From an uncultured virus (IMG/VR IMGVR_UViG_3300028833_000012) (taxonomy: Duplodnaviria; Heunggongvirae; Uroviricota; Caudoviricetes), in IMG/VR virus record IMGVR_UViG_3300028833_000012: DNA of 64,000 nucleotides. The stretch is one strand, 5' to 3'. Shown here one piece after another: positions 1 through 8,860 of the stretch. Numbering within the stretch: the stretch's first letter is position 1; each line of letters starts with the position of its first letter. A program made the translations under genes and the position numbers. Under the pieces are notes generated by a model. That model searched no databases. It was not told the DNA's origin and saw only the letters and a program-made list of their open reading frames with translations.

Positions 1-127
1 GCGGCTGGAAGATCCGGTTTTTCCGTCTGCGGCTGGAAGATCCGGTTTTTCCGTCTGCGGCTGGAAGATCCGGTTTTTCCGTCTGCGGCTGGAAGATCCG
101 GTTTTTCCGTCTGCGGCTGGAAGATCC
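1..127. repeat. 28-bp tandem repeat, 4.5 copies (may extend beyond window start)
   Basis: Unit GCGGCTGGAAGATCCGGTTTTTCCGTCT at 1, 29, 57, 85 and partial copy at 113. Confidence 0.97.
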
Positions 128-206
128 CGCAGGGGATAACGTGCGCAGGCCCAGGAGCCGCATGACCCCTCTGCGCACCGAAAAAAACAAAAAAGTCAGA
201 AATATC

Positions 207-235
207 TTGACAAACGGAAATAAACGTAGTATGCT
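207..235 (+). promoter_or_regulatory. sigma70/sigmaA-type promoter
   Basis: TTGACA(207-212)-17 bp-TATGCT(230-235) upstream of ORF 277. Confidence 0.6.
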
Positions 236-276
236 ATGGGTGAACGACAAGGGAACAGAAAGGAGATGTCGGCGGG

Positions 277-501
277 ATGAAATGGAACGAAGCGGTCCGG
301 GCGATTATGGAGAAGGAGGGGGTCGGTCTGAGCGCGCTCGCAGGGCGAATGGGCAAATCAATGCGACTTGTATGGGACCGACTCGACCACGATAACATCA
401 GTGTCCACAAGCTGGACGAGATGGTGCGCGTTCTTGGCTACAAGATCATGATTGTACCAGCGGACACAAGGGTCACGGACAAGACATACACGATTGAGTG
501 A
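277..501 (+). CDS. small HTH (Cro/XRE-like) DNA-binding protein
   Basis: 74 aa with GLSALAGRMGKS and ISVHKLDEMVRVLGY pattern typical of XRE-like HTH. Confidence 0.6.
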   Translation: MKWNEAVRAIMEKEGVGLSALAGRMGKSMRLVWDRLDHDNISVHKLDEMVRVLGYKIMIVPADTRVTDKTYTIE

Positions 502-533
502 CGACCAAATCGTGATGCGGTCTAATACACTCT

Positions 534-1010
534 TTGGCTACGCATTCATCAGCACATCACGAAAAAGTAGCAACGGTGACAGCGAAAGGCGGTGAGACAG
601 TGGCGAGCAAAAAGAACCGGGTGGCGTTGGTAACAGAACTTGAAAAACAGATGGAACTGCGGAACGAATGGCAACGGCGGCATTTAACGGGAGGCCGGTT
701 GGTGCTGGCGAAACTGGACGCAATCAAGCAGGGGTACGTGAAGGCAGGCTCCGGGCTGTCCGATATGTATCTTGACGATGCGATGAAGATGATACGGAAG
801 TATGTGGCCATCAGCGACATTATGCGGAACCCGGGCGGGATGGACGAGCCAGGCGGCATCACGGTTGAGGACATCCTGAACGAAAATGCGGAAATAGAGA
901 TTGAGGATAACGGCTGGCATCTCTTTACGCGCAGAACACAGGAAGAGATTTCGGAACTTCTGGCGGAAATGAAAGCCGATGACGGCGAAGATGGCGGTGA
1001 TTCCGAATGA
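534..1010 (+). CDS. hypothetical protein
   Basis: ORF overlapping next start (ATGA); true start may be GTG near 600. Confidence 0.55.
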   Translation: MATHSSAHHEKVATVTAKGGETVASKKNRVALVTELEKQMELRNEWQRRHLTGGRLVLAKLDAIKQGYVKAGSGLSDMYLDDAMKMIRKYVAISDIMRNPGGMDEPGGITVEDILNENAEIEIEDNGWHLFTRRTQEEISELLAEMKADDGEDGGDSE

Positions 1011-1582
1011 TTTACGGCTATGCTCGTGTAAGCACAGCAGGGCAGTCGCGGGACGGGAACAGTCTGGAGGATCAGGCACAGAAACTACGGTCAGCCGGGT
1101 GCGAAGAGATATACCATGATGCGTACACTGGGACGAAGATGGACAGGCCGGAGTTCACGGTTTTGATGGCAAAACTGGCGAATGGAGACAGGCTGGTTGT
1201 AACGAAACTGGACCGGTTTGCGAGGACGACGGCGGGCGGCATCGAGACGATCAGGGAACTGCTTGGGCGGGGCGTGTCGATACACATCCTGAACATGGGC
1301 CTGATTGACAACACGCCGACCGGGCGGCTGATGGTCACGATGCTGTTGGGGTTTGCGGAGTTTGAGCGAGACATGATTGTGGAACGGACGATGGCCGGGA
1401 AGGAGATGGCGAAGGCGTCGAAGCCCGGATGGAGGGAAGGCCGGAAGGAAATCGAAATGGACGATGACGCCTTCCAAAAATTCCGCGAAAAACAAAAAAG
1501 GCGCGAGATGACGGTGGAGGAGTGCTGTGAAGCGCTCAACATCAGCAGATCAACCTGGTACAATCGAGTGAAAACAGCATGA
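1007..1582 (+). CDS. small serine recombinase (resolvase/invertase family)
   Basis: YGYARVST catalytic motif, VVTKLDRFAR, AEFERDMIVERT, C-terminal HTH. Confidence 0.95.
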   Translation: MIYGYARVSTAGQSRDGNSLEDQAQKLRSAGCEEIYHDAYTGTKMDRPEFTVLMAKLANGDRLVVTKLDRFARTTAGGIETIRELLGRGVSIHILNMGLIDNTPTGRLMVTMLLGFAEFERDMIVERTMAGKEMAKASKPGWREGRKEIEMDDDAFQKFREKQKRREMTVEECCEALNISRSTWYNRVKTA

Positions 1583-1594
1583 GAAGGCGGCAAA

Positions 1595-1837
1595 ATGTTC
1601 ATTGCTTCAACGGCCATAATTATTGTGCTTTTGTGCGCTACGGGCGTGATTCACGCAAGTGACAGGTTTGTCTCAATCGTTATCATTGTTGGCGTAATCG
1701 CGTTCATCGTCGGAGGGTTTATTGAAAACGAAAAGGATGAGGCCGCGAGAAGAAACGCAAGAGACTATTGGCTGAATCGCGGAAGCGGCGTGCGCGACAG
1801 GAGAACGTGCGACGACAGGTATAAACGGCGAAGATAA
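1595..1837 (+). CDS. small two-TM membrane protein
   Basis: Two hydrophobic segments followed by a charged tail. Confidence 0.5.
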   Translation: MFIASTAIIIVLLCATGVIHASDRFVSIVIIVGVIAFIVGGFIENEKDEAARRNARDYWLNRGSGVRDRRTCDDRYKRRR

Positions 1838-2049
1838 GCCTGCAAAGTACTTTGGATGATTTGATACCGCTCTGTGCGGGTTGGCACCATTGTGAATGTG
1901 GTGCTGGCTTGGCAGGGCGGTTTTTATGTTGCTGGCGGCGAACGGTACTGCTGGCGGCGAACGGTGGTGCTGGTTGCGCGACTGCATGACCGGAGCGGGG
2001 ACTGTACAGAGCTCACCTTGGATGGCAAAGAGGACTGGAGGGAAGCAGG

Positions 2050-3717
2050 ATGTTTATGATCGAGACGGACGATCGGGAGATCCGGACGGCATTGCAATGG
2101 CTGGAGCGGAGACCGGACGATCCGCAGATATACGAGGACGTGCTGGCAATGATGTACGGGCACATGCAGGCGGGCGAGGACGGTTGGCACAAGCACAACA
2201 AGGCGTTCCGGGACGAAATCAACAGGGCGGTCCGGCGGGTGGCGGCAGGAGGGGCATTCAGCGCGTTGGAGAGGCTGAACGGCGCGTGGCGGAAGAGTTT
2301 GCTGATGGACGCGAAGGTGGACTTTGATGCGTACATGCTATACATTGAAAGCAACAGGGACCCGAAAAAACAGTTTTATCTTCCGCGACGCGACAGACTG
2401 CTTCGCGTTGTGAAACTTTTGCAAGAACTTGCTGACGACAAGCTCGACCTTCTGTGCATCTCGATGCCGCCGGGTTCCGGGAAGAGCACTACCGCAATAT
2501 TTTACCTGACTTGGCTTGCCGGAAAGTATCCTGACGAGCCGATGTTGACTGGATCTCATTCAAACGCCTTTGTTCGCGGAGTGTATGATGAGTGCTTGCG
2601 ACTGTTCGACAAAAACGGAGATTATCTTTGGTGCGATGTCTTTCCGGGCGTTGGCGTAACAAATACGAATGCGAAGGACCTGAGAATTGACCTTGGGAAG
2701 CGGAAAAGGTTTGAGACCCTTGAGTTTACTTCAATAGGTTCTGGGAATGCTGGCCTGTACAGAGCGTCCAGACTACTATACGCGGACGACCTCGTCCCCG
2801 GTTTGGAATTAGCCCTGTCAAAGGAGCGCCTGGACAGACTATGGGAAATGTACACAACTGACCTTCGGCAACGAAAGATTGGTGATCACTGTAAAGAACT
2901 GCACATAAGTACCCGTTGGAGTTGCCATGATCCGATAGGTAGGCTTGAACGGCAGTACGAGAATGACCCAAGGGCGAAGTTCCTTGCAATTCCTGCACTG
3001 AACGAAAACGATGAGAGCAACTTTGACTACAAGTATGGGCTGGGATTCTCGACACAGTTTTACAGAGAGCAGCGAGAAATCATGGATGATGTATCGTGGC
3101 GTGCGCTTTATATGAATCAGCCGATTGAGCGTGAGGGATTGCTGTATCATTCTGACGAACTGCGCAGATATTTTGAACTTCCGGACAGGGAGCCGGATGC
3201 GATTATTGCTGTGTGCGATACAAAGGACCGTGGCACGGACTATTGTGTTCTGCCAATAGCATACCAATATGGTCAGGACTTCTACATCGAGGATGTCGTG
3301 TGCAATAACAGCAACCCGGAGTACGTTGAACCGATGCTGATCGAGAAGTGCGTCAAGCACCGCGTTGAAATGGCAAGGTTTGAGAGCAACTCTGCCGGTG
3401 GGCGCGTTGCCCAAACAGTGCAGGAAGGAATCAAGAAGCGCGGCGGACGGACAAAGATAACAACGAAATTTACAACGGCCAACAAGGCAACAAAGATCAT
3501 TATGGCAAGTCCGTTTGTGAAGGAGCATTTCTTGTTTAAGGACGATACTTCGACAAAAGACAACAAGGAGTACAGGTCATTCATGGGTATGCTTTGCTCG
3601 TACACGATGAGTGGGAAAAACAAGCACGATGACGTTTGCGACGCAATCGCAATGCTTGCGGAATATGTGCAGACGTTTGGAAGTTCAAGGGTAGAGATAA
3701 TTGCAAGGCCGTGGTGA
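2050..3717 (+). CDS. terL: terminase large subunit
   Basis: Walker A MPPGSGKST, Walker B-like LLYADD, TRW motif, C-terminal RNase H-like nuclease with KHDDVCDA; upstream of portal. Confidence 0.92.
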   Translation: MFMIETDDREIRTALQWLERRPDDPQIYEDVLAMMYGHMQAGEDGWHKHNKAFRDEINRAVRRVAAGGAFSALERLNGAWRKSLLMDAKVDFDAYMLYIESNRDPKKQFYLPRRDRLLRVVKLLQELADDKLDLLCISMPPGSGKSTTAIFYLTWLAGKYPDEPMLTGSHSNAFVRGVYDECLRLFDKNGDYLWCDVFPGVGVTNTNAKDLRIDLGKRKRFETLEFTSIGSGNAGLYRASRLLYADDLVPGLELALSKERLDRLWEMYTTDLRQRKIGDHCKELHISTRWSCHDPIGRLERQYENDPRAKFLAIPALNENDESNFDYKYGLGFSTQFYREQREIMDDVSWRALYMNQPIEREGLLYHSDELRRYFELPDREPDAIIAVCDTKDRGTDYCVLPIAYQYGQDFYIEDVVCNNSNPEYVEPMLIEKCVKHRVEMARFESNSAGGRVAQTVQEGIKKRGGRTKITTKFTTANKATKIIMASPFVKEHFLFKDDTSTKDNKEYRSFMGMLCSYTMSGKNKHDDVCDAIAMLAEYVQTFGSSRVEIIARPW

Positions 3718-3731
3718 GGAGGAAATATAAC

Positions 3732-4430
3732 ATGAACGGGAAAACACCGACAAACATGAAATACGGGAAAAGCGAATATGTTGGGCAAAAGTTTAACAGA
3801 TTGACTGTTATTGGAATCAGCAAAGAACTGAACGGGAAGTACATTCGTTGGATGTGGACATGCCGATGCGACTGCGGAAACGTCAAGAAAATGCGCGGTG
3901 ATTACGTTGCAACAGGGCACAGCAAGTCGTGCGGATGTGCGAGGAAAGAAAACAAGCCGTTTTTTGTGCATGGTGAGTCTGGGACGCGGCTTCATATGAT
4001 ATGGAACGATATGCGGCACAGATGCTTTAGCGATGATGCAAGTGCTGGTAGATACAGGGACAGGGGAATAACTGTATGTGAAGAATGGCTCGAATATAAA
4101 AACTTCGCGAAGTGGGCGCGGGAGAACGGCTACAACGACATGCTTTCCATAGAGCGGATCGACAATGATGGTAACTATTGCCCTGAAAACTGCAAGTGGA
4201 TCGAGCGAGGCCTTCAGGCCAGGAATCGCGGGACAACACACTGGGTTGAATGGAAAGGTAGAAAGATGTCGTTAGCAGAGGCATGTGAGATCGAGAGAAT
4301 GCCGTACAAGCAGATGTTTTCAAGAATAAAGTATTGCGGATGGCCTGTAGACAAGGCATTGACTACACCAATACAGAAATTTGGAATGTTCGATCACCGG
4401 AAGGGTGCCCGCGCATACGAAAAGAAATGA
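3732..4430 (+). CDS. free-standing HNH-like homing endonuclease
   Basis: GQKFNRLTVI...WTCRCDCGN...SCGC...YRDRGITVCEEW...SIERIDNDGNYCPENCKW pattern. Confidence 0.8.
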   Translation: MNGKTPTNMKYGKSEYVGQKFNRLTVIGISKELNGKYIRWMWTCRCDCGNVKKMRGDYVATGHSKSCGCARKENKPFFVHGESGTRLHMIWNDMRHRCFSDDASAGRYRDRGITVCEEWLEYKNFAKWARENGYNDMLSIERIDNDGNYCPENCKWIERGLQARNRGTTHWVEWKGRKMSLAEACEIERMPYKQMFSRIKYCGWPVDKALTTPIQKFGMFDHRKGARAYEKK

Positions 4431-4441
4431 TGGTTCATCTT

Positions 4442-4527
4442 TGTTGACAAGTTTGTGGATAAACCTGTGCATAAAGCTGTGGATAAACATGTGGATAAAA
4501 TATCCACAACAAAATATCTGTGGATAA
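4442..4527. promoter_or_regulatory. cluster of DnaA boxes
   Basis: TGTGGATAA at 4454, 4478, 4490, 4519; TGTGCATAA at 4466; degenerate TGTTGACAA at 4442; inverted ATATCCACA at 4500; 12-bp spacing from 4442 to 4490. Confidence 0.85.
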
Positions 4528-4529
4528 CC

Positions 4530-4558
4530 TTGACAAGATACAATATATAGTGTAAACT
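4530..4558 (+). promoter_or_regulatory. sigmaA-type promoter upstream of head operon
   Basis: TTGACA(4530-4535)-17 bp-TAAACT(4553-4558). Confidence 0.65.
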
Positions 4559-4684
4559 GTACGCGGGCAAATAGCCCTATGTATTGATATTGATGCGCTT
4601 ATGCGCGGTCCATGACGGACTGTAGCATAGGCGCATTTTCTATATCCGGGACTGCTGGCACGATTCGTGGAAGGGGGTGGCACG

Positions 4685-6367
4685 TTGGTACCGGACATCA
4701 CAACGGTTGAAGGCCGTGGGCGCGGAGACGGTGTTTCGCCGGAACTGCACGGCAGGCGGGTCATCCTGACGGGCGAGCGCGAGATCACGCGCGACAACGT
4801 GCTGAAGGTTCTGGCGAGGGCGATGGGGACGCACCTGAAGAACAGGGCGGAGATCATCTACCTGGAGCGGTATCTGCGCGGATGGCAGCCGATCCTGAAC
4901 AGGGTCAAGACGGTCAACGCGGAGATCAACAACAAGGTGGTCGTAAATCTCGCCAACGAGATCGTGACATTCAAGGCCAGCGAGTTTGCCGGGAAGCCGA
5001 TCCAGTACGTCAGTCGCGGGAGCAACAAGTCTGCTCCGAAGAAGGTCAGCCGCCTGAACGACATGATGCTGACCGAGGAGAAGCAGTCGAAGGACCTGCT
5101 GCTGGCCTACCAGATGTTCACCTGCGGTGTCGGCTATCGGCTGATCGTGCATGACCCGAACCCAAACCGTGAGCTTTACGACGAAGCGCCGTTTGAAATC
5201 TCCATTCCGGATCCGAAGAACACGTTCGTGGTGCGGCTGAACGATGTCAGCAAGCGCCCCGTGATGGGTGTGACATATGTCTACACGGACGAAGGCGGGA
5301 CCGGGGTCGAGTACACGGTGTACACGCCGAACGTGACGTACACCATCAGAGGCGTCGGTTCGGAGGGCCTTGAGATCGTCAACGAAGTCCACCACAACTT
5401 CGGCATGGTTTCTCTGATCGAGTACCCGTGCAACCCGGTCCGGATGGGCGCGTTCGAGGTGGTGCTTCCGCTGCTGGACGCCATCAACCTGACGCAGAGC
5501 AACCGGCTTGACGGCATTGAGCAGTTCATTCAGGCCATCATGGTCTTCGAGGGCGTGGATATCACCAGAGAGCAGTTCCTTGAACTGAAGGATCTTGGTG
5601 CGCTGAAGCTGCCGCCCGCGATGGACGGTCGGACGAGCAAGGTCTACTACCTGAACGAAGAGCTCAACCAAAGCCAGACGCAGACGCTGGTGGACGACAT
5701 GTACGAGACGGTGCTGGAGATTGTCGGCATTCCGTCTCAGAGCAACGGCGGCACCAGCGACTCCAGCAATAACGGCGCTGTCATCATGAAGAACGGCTGG
5801 TGGCACGCGGAGGCGCGGTCGCTGGAAACGCAGTCCATGTGGATCGCATCGGAGACCGAGACGCTGAAGATCGTCATGCGGATCTGCCAGGATGCCAACG
5901 AACTGAGCGGTCTGAAGGTGGCCGAAGTCGAGCCGAAGTTCTGGCGGCAGAGTTATGAGGACACGCTGGTCAAGACGCAGGCGTTCACGACGCTGCGCGG
6001 GGCCGGGATGCCGAGCATTCAGGCGTTCACCTTCAGCAACCTGTCCAAGGATCCGGAGAGCGACGCGCTTGTCTACGACAAGTATCAGGAAGAGCAGGCG
6101 CAGCAGCTTGACGAGGCTGCCAATGTTCAGACTGGCACGGACACTGACCTTGACACCGAGGAGGGCGTTGGCGCGGACAACGTCGGCTCTACTACGGTTG
6201 AGGGTACCGGACATCCGAAGGCGGCGACCGGCGTATGCCCGGTGTGTGGACGATCCTTCAAGAAGCGCACGAACAATCAGGTCTACGACAGGCCCGCGTG
6301 CCGCAACAAGGCACGGCGCAAGGCAAGCGGTCTTGAAACCGGCGAGGGCGTGGGTGATCTGGATTGA
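4685..6367 (+). CDS. portal protein, SPP1 gp6-like, with C-terminal Cys-rich extension
   Basis: NKVVVNLANEIV..GKPIQY, GAFEVVLPLLDAIN...SNRLDGIEQF motifs; position after terL; start TTG 4685 or GTG 4667. Confidence 0.9.
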   Translation: MVPDITTVEGRGRGDGVSPELHGRRVILTGEREITRDNVLKVLARAMGTHLKNRAEIIYLERYLRGWQPILNRVKTVNAEINNKVVVNLANEIVTFKASEFAGKPIQYVSRGSNKSAPKKVSRLNDMMLTEEKQSKDLLLAYQMFTCGVGYRLIVHDPNPNRELYDEAPFEISIPDPKNTFVVRLNDVSKRPVMGVTYVYTDEGGTGVEYTVYTPNVTYTIRGVGSEGLEIVNEVHHNFGMVSLIEYPCNPVRMGAFEVVLPLLDAINLTQSNRLDGIEQFIQAIMVFEGVDITREQFLELKDLGALKLPPAMDGRTSKVYYLNEELNQSQTQTLVDDMYETVLEIVGIPSQSNGGTSDSSNNGAVIMKNGWWHAEARSLETQSMWIASETETLKIVMRICQDANELSGLKVAEVEPKFWRQSYEDTLVKTQAFTTLRGAGMPSIQAFTFSNLSKDPESDALVYDKYQEEQAQQLDEAANVQTGTDTDLDTEEGVGADNVGSTTVEGTGHPKAATGVCPVCGRSFKKRTNNQVYDRPACRNKARRKASGLETGEGVGDLD

Positions 6368-6975
6368 TGAACTACGACGCGGCTGATAAGGCCATCAAAG
6401 CCATCAACCGGGAGAACCTGAAATTGTTCGGGCAGTTGAAAATCAAGCTGATGAAGGCGGACGAGCTGCACATCATCCGGGCGGTCGGCGACACCTACGA
6501 CGCATCCATCCGGATGGTGGAAAGACGGCTGCTGGAATGCGCGAGGCTCGCGTATCTGGCTGCGATGGGGGAGACCGGGAAGCGGAAACGCAACCCCATC
6601 GACCACGACTGGCTGATCGAGTTTCTGATGACGGCGGACCCGGTGACGCTGTACAAGTTCCTGCCGGAAGCGGAGCGCAAAAAGGCGCGACTGACGGAAG
6701 CGCTCGCGGCGACTACGGCGATGGCCAAGGAAGTTGACAAGGCGCTCCGGGACTGGACAAGGCAGATCGGACAGGCCGCCATCAGCGTGACGGACGCGGC
6801 GACCATCCGGGCGTTTGAGGACGCCGGGGTGCCGAAGGTCCAATGGGTGTCCGAACACGACGCGAGAGTGTGCGACGTATGCGAGGACATGGACGGGAAC
6901 GTGTACGACATCGACAAAATTCCGCCAAAGCCACATTGGTTATGCAGATGTCGCGTCAAACCTTACATTCCATGA
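6364..6975 (+). CDS. minor head protein (SPP1 gp7/MuF-like)
   Basis: WVSEHDARVCDVC...PPKPHWLCRC motif; position after portal. Confidence 0.85.
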   Translation: MMNYDAADKAIKAINRENLKLFGQLKIKLMKADELHIIRAVGDTYDASIRMVERRLLECARLAYLAAMGETGKRKRNPIDHDWLIEFLMTADPVTLYKFLPEAERKKARLTEALAATTAMAKEVDKALRDWTRQIGQAAISVTDAATIRAFEDAGVPKVQWVSEHDARVCDVCEDMDGNVYDIDKIPPKPHWLCRCRVKPYIP

Positions 6976-7111
6976 TTTCCGGCGGGAGACCGCTTGAAAT
7001 AAGACGCAGAGAAGCGTCTCTAAACAATCCGCACAGAGCGGAGAGAACCGCTTTACCAAACGCAAAACGACAGGTGGGAGATCACCTTAAAAAGCGCAAG
7101 GAGGGACTTAC

Positions 7112-7759
7112 ATGTTCTGGACGTGGCGAAACATCTATGACTCGCGAATCTTCCTCGCCCCTGACGGCGCTCCCGAAGGCGGTGCGGCCCCCGCTCCTGA
7201 CGCCGGTGCCGGTGCTGATCCACAGGGTGCCGACGAGGGCAACGAGCAGGAAACGAACGACCTGACCGCTGAAGTCACGCGGCTTCGGGCGGAAATGGCA
7301 AGGCAGAAGGCTGCGATGGATAAGGCTCTGAGCGAGACCAATTCCTACAAGAAGCAGCTGCGGGCCAAGCAGACGGCTGAAGAGGTCGCCGCCGAAGAGG
7401 CAAAAGCGGCAGAAGAGGCCAGGAACAACGAACTGAACGAACTGCGGAAGAAGTTCCAGGTGATGGAGATCACCAAGAACGTGGCGGTGGAACTTGGGTG
7501 CGGTGAGGACTCCTCGAACAAGATTGCGGAGTTCATCAACGGTGCCGAAGACCCCAATGCCGTCATCTCCGAGTTCAAGAAGATCCTCGCGGCACAGGAG
7601 AAGAAACTTCGTCTGGAATTCGGCAGAGTGCCTCCTCCCGGCGCTGGCGCGGCCAACGGCGGGGAAAGCGAAGCCGTGAAGAGGGCCAGGGAACTTGGCA
7701 AGGCCAAGTCTGAGGCCGCCAAGACGGCACAGGATGCTCTGGCGGCGTACATGCGCTGA
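7112..7759 (+). CDS. capsid scaffolding protein
   Basis: Acidic/Ala-rich N-terminus, coiled coil, position between MuF and capsid genes. Confidence 0.75.
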   Translation: MFWTWRNIYDSRIFLAPDGAPEGGAAPAPDAGAGADPQGADEGNEQETNDLTAEVTRLRAEMARQKAAMDKALSETNSYKKQLRAKQTAEEVAAEEAKAAEEARNNELNELRKKFQVMEITKNVAVELGCGEDSSNKIAEFINGAEDPNAVISEFKKILAAQEKKLRLEFGRVPPPGAGAANGGESEAVKRARELGKAKSEAAKTAQDALAAYMR

Positions 7760-7800
7760 CAGGCAAATACAAACCCAATCCGATGAAAGGAGAGACCCAC

Positions 7801-8169
7801 ATGATTTTCAACGACACTACCATCGCTGGCGGCGTGGAAATCCTTGCGTCCAAGGACTTCCAGGCGATCCCGATCAAGGTTGCTGCCCCTCAGAGCGGCA
7901 CCGTGGTCAAGGCCGGTACTCCCCTGACGGCGGCTGGTGCGTCCACCACCGGTGCGAACGCTGTTGGCGTTCTGCTCTACGATGTGGACACCGCCAAGAA
8001 CCCCAACGCTGCTGCCGTTGTGCAGGGCATCATCGACGCGGCCAAGGCTCAGGCACATTCCGGCGTGACCTATGCGTCTGCGCTGTACTCTGCTCTGCCT
8101 GGTATCGTGTTCCGCACCAACATTGGTGTGAATGGCGAGACCGGTGCCACTGGTGCTACCGGCGGCTAA
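7801..8169 (+). CDS. head decoration protein
   Basis: VVKAGTPL...AVGVLLYDVD...VVQGIID motif; precedes capsid gene; C-terminal GETGATGATGG. Confidence 0.75.
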   Translation: MIFNDTTIAGGVEILASKDFQAIPIKVAAPQSGTVVKAGTPLTAAGASTTGANAVGVLLYDVDTAKNPNAAAVVQGIIDAAKAQAHSGVTYASALYSALPGIVFRTNIGVNGETGATGATGG

Positions 8170-8183
8170 TCGGAGGAGTCTGA

Positions 8184-8837
8184 ATGAAAATACTCGTTGC
8201 TGTGCCGACGTTTGAAACGATTTACGCGGACACATACAAGTCCATCTGGGATCTGGATAAGGGCGGACACGAAGTCCTGTTTGACAGCGTTCGTGGCTAC
8301 GATGTAGCGACTGCAAGAAACAGGATTGCCCAGAAAGCCATCGATCTCAATACAGATTATGTGCTGTCCGTGGACAACGATGTGGTGCTTCCGAAAGACG
8401 CGCTGATGCTTCTGCTGGAAAACGGAGAAGACGTATGCCTCGGGTATTACGCGCATCGGAACAACGATAATCGCTACAACGGACGAACCTGCATTTGCAA
8501 GCTCAAGGATGAGCATGGCAAGGAGTATTACCACTATCCACTGGAATCTGAGTATACAGTGACTGAAATGGCCGACATGGCTCGTTCCGGAATGTCGAAA
8601 ATCATCGTACACGGAGGCGGGATGGGGTGTTCCCTGATCAAAACCGATGTATTTCGCAGGCTTTCATACCCTTGGTATGACTGGGTGAATTACGGAGATG
8701 CGAACAGGGGAATGCTGTCAGAGGACCTGTACTTCTGTGCGTTGTGTCGGAATTCCGGGATCCAAATCCATGCGGATGTCCGAGTCGGCTGTGGTCATAT
8801 GTTCAGATACATTCAGTGGCCTACCGCCGACGAATAA
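8184..8837 (+). CDS. GT-A (GT2-like) glycosyltransferase-family protein
   Basis: ILVAVP, ARN, VLSVDNDV (DxD), GMGCSLI, SEDLYFC, CGH motifs. Confidence 0.8.
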   Translation: MKILVAVPTFETIYADTYKSIWDLDKGGHEVLFDSVRGYDVATARNRIAQKAIDLNTDYVLSVDNDVVLPKDALMLLLENGEDVCLGYYAHRNNDNRYNGRTCICKLKDEHGKEYYHYPLESEYTVTEMADMARSGMSKIIVHGGGMGCSLIKTDVFRRLSYPWYDWVNYGDANRGMLSEDLYFCALCRNSGIQIHADVRVGCGHMFRYIQWPTADE

Positions 8838-8860
8838 CATCAAGAAAGGAGAACCATCAC

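Noticed and set aside
1..127. CRISPR array
   Set aside because: Identical 28-bp units are head-to-tail with no spacers
3732..4430. Group I intron in terL carrying the HNH gene
   Set aside because: terL ends with a complete nuclease motif before the HNH ORF; both HNH genes look free-standing
4640..6214. Long antisense ORFs (4640-6214, 13365-15074, 17631-19103, 30347-31819, 56104-57378 and similar)
   Set aside because: Shadow frames of GC3-rich genes on the opposite strand; no motifs
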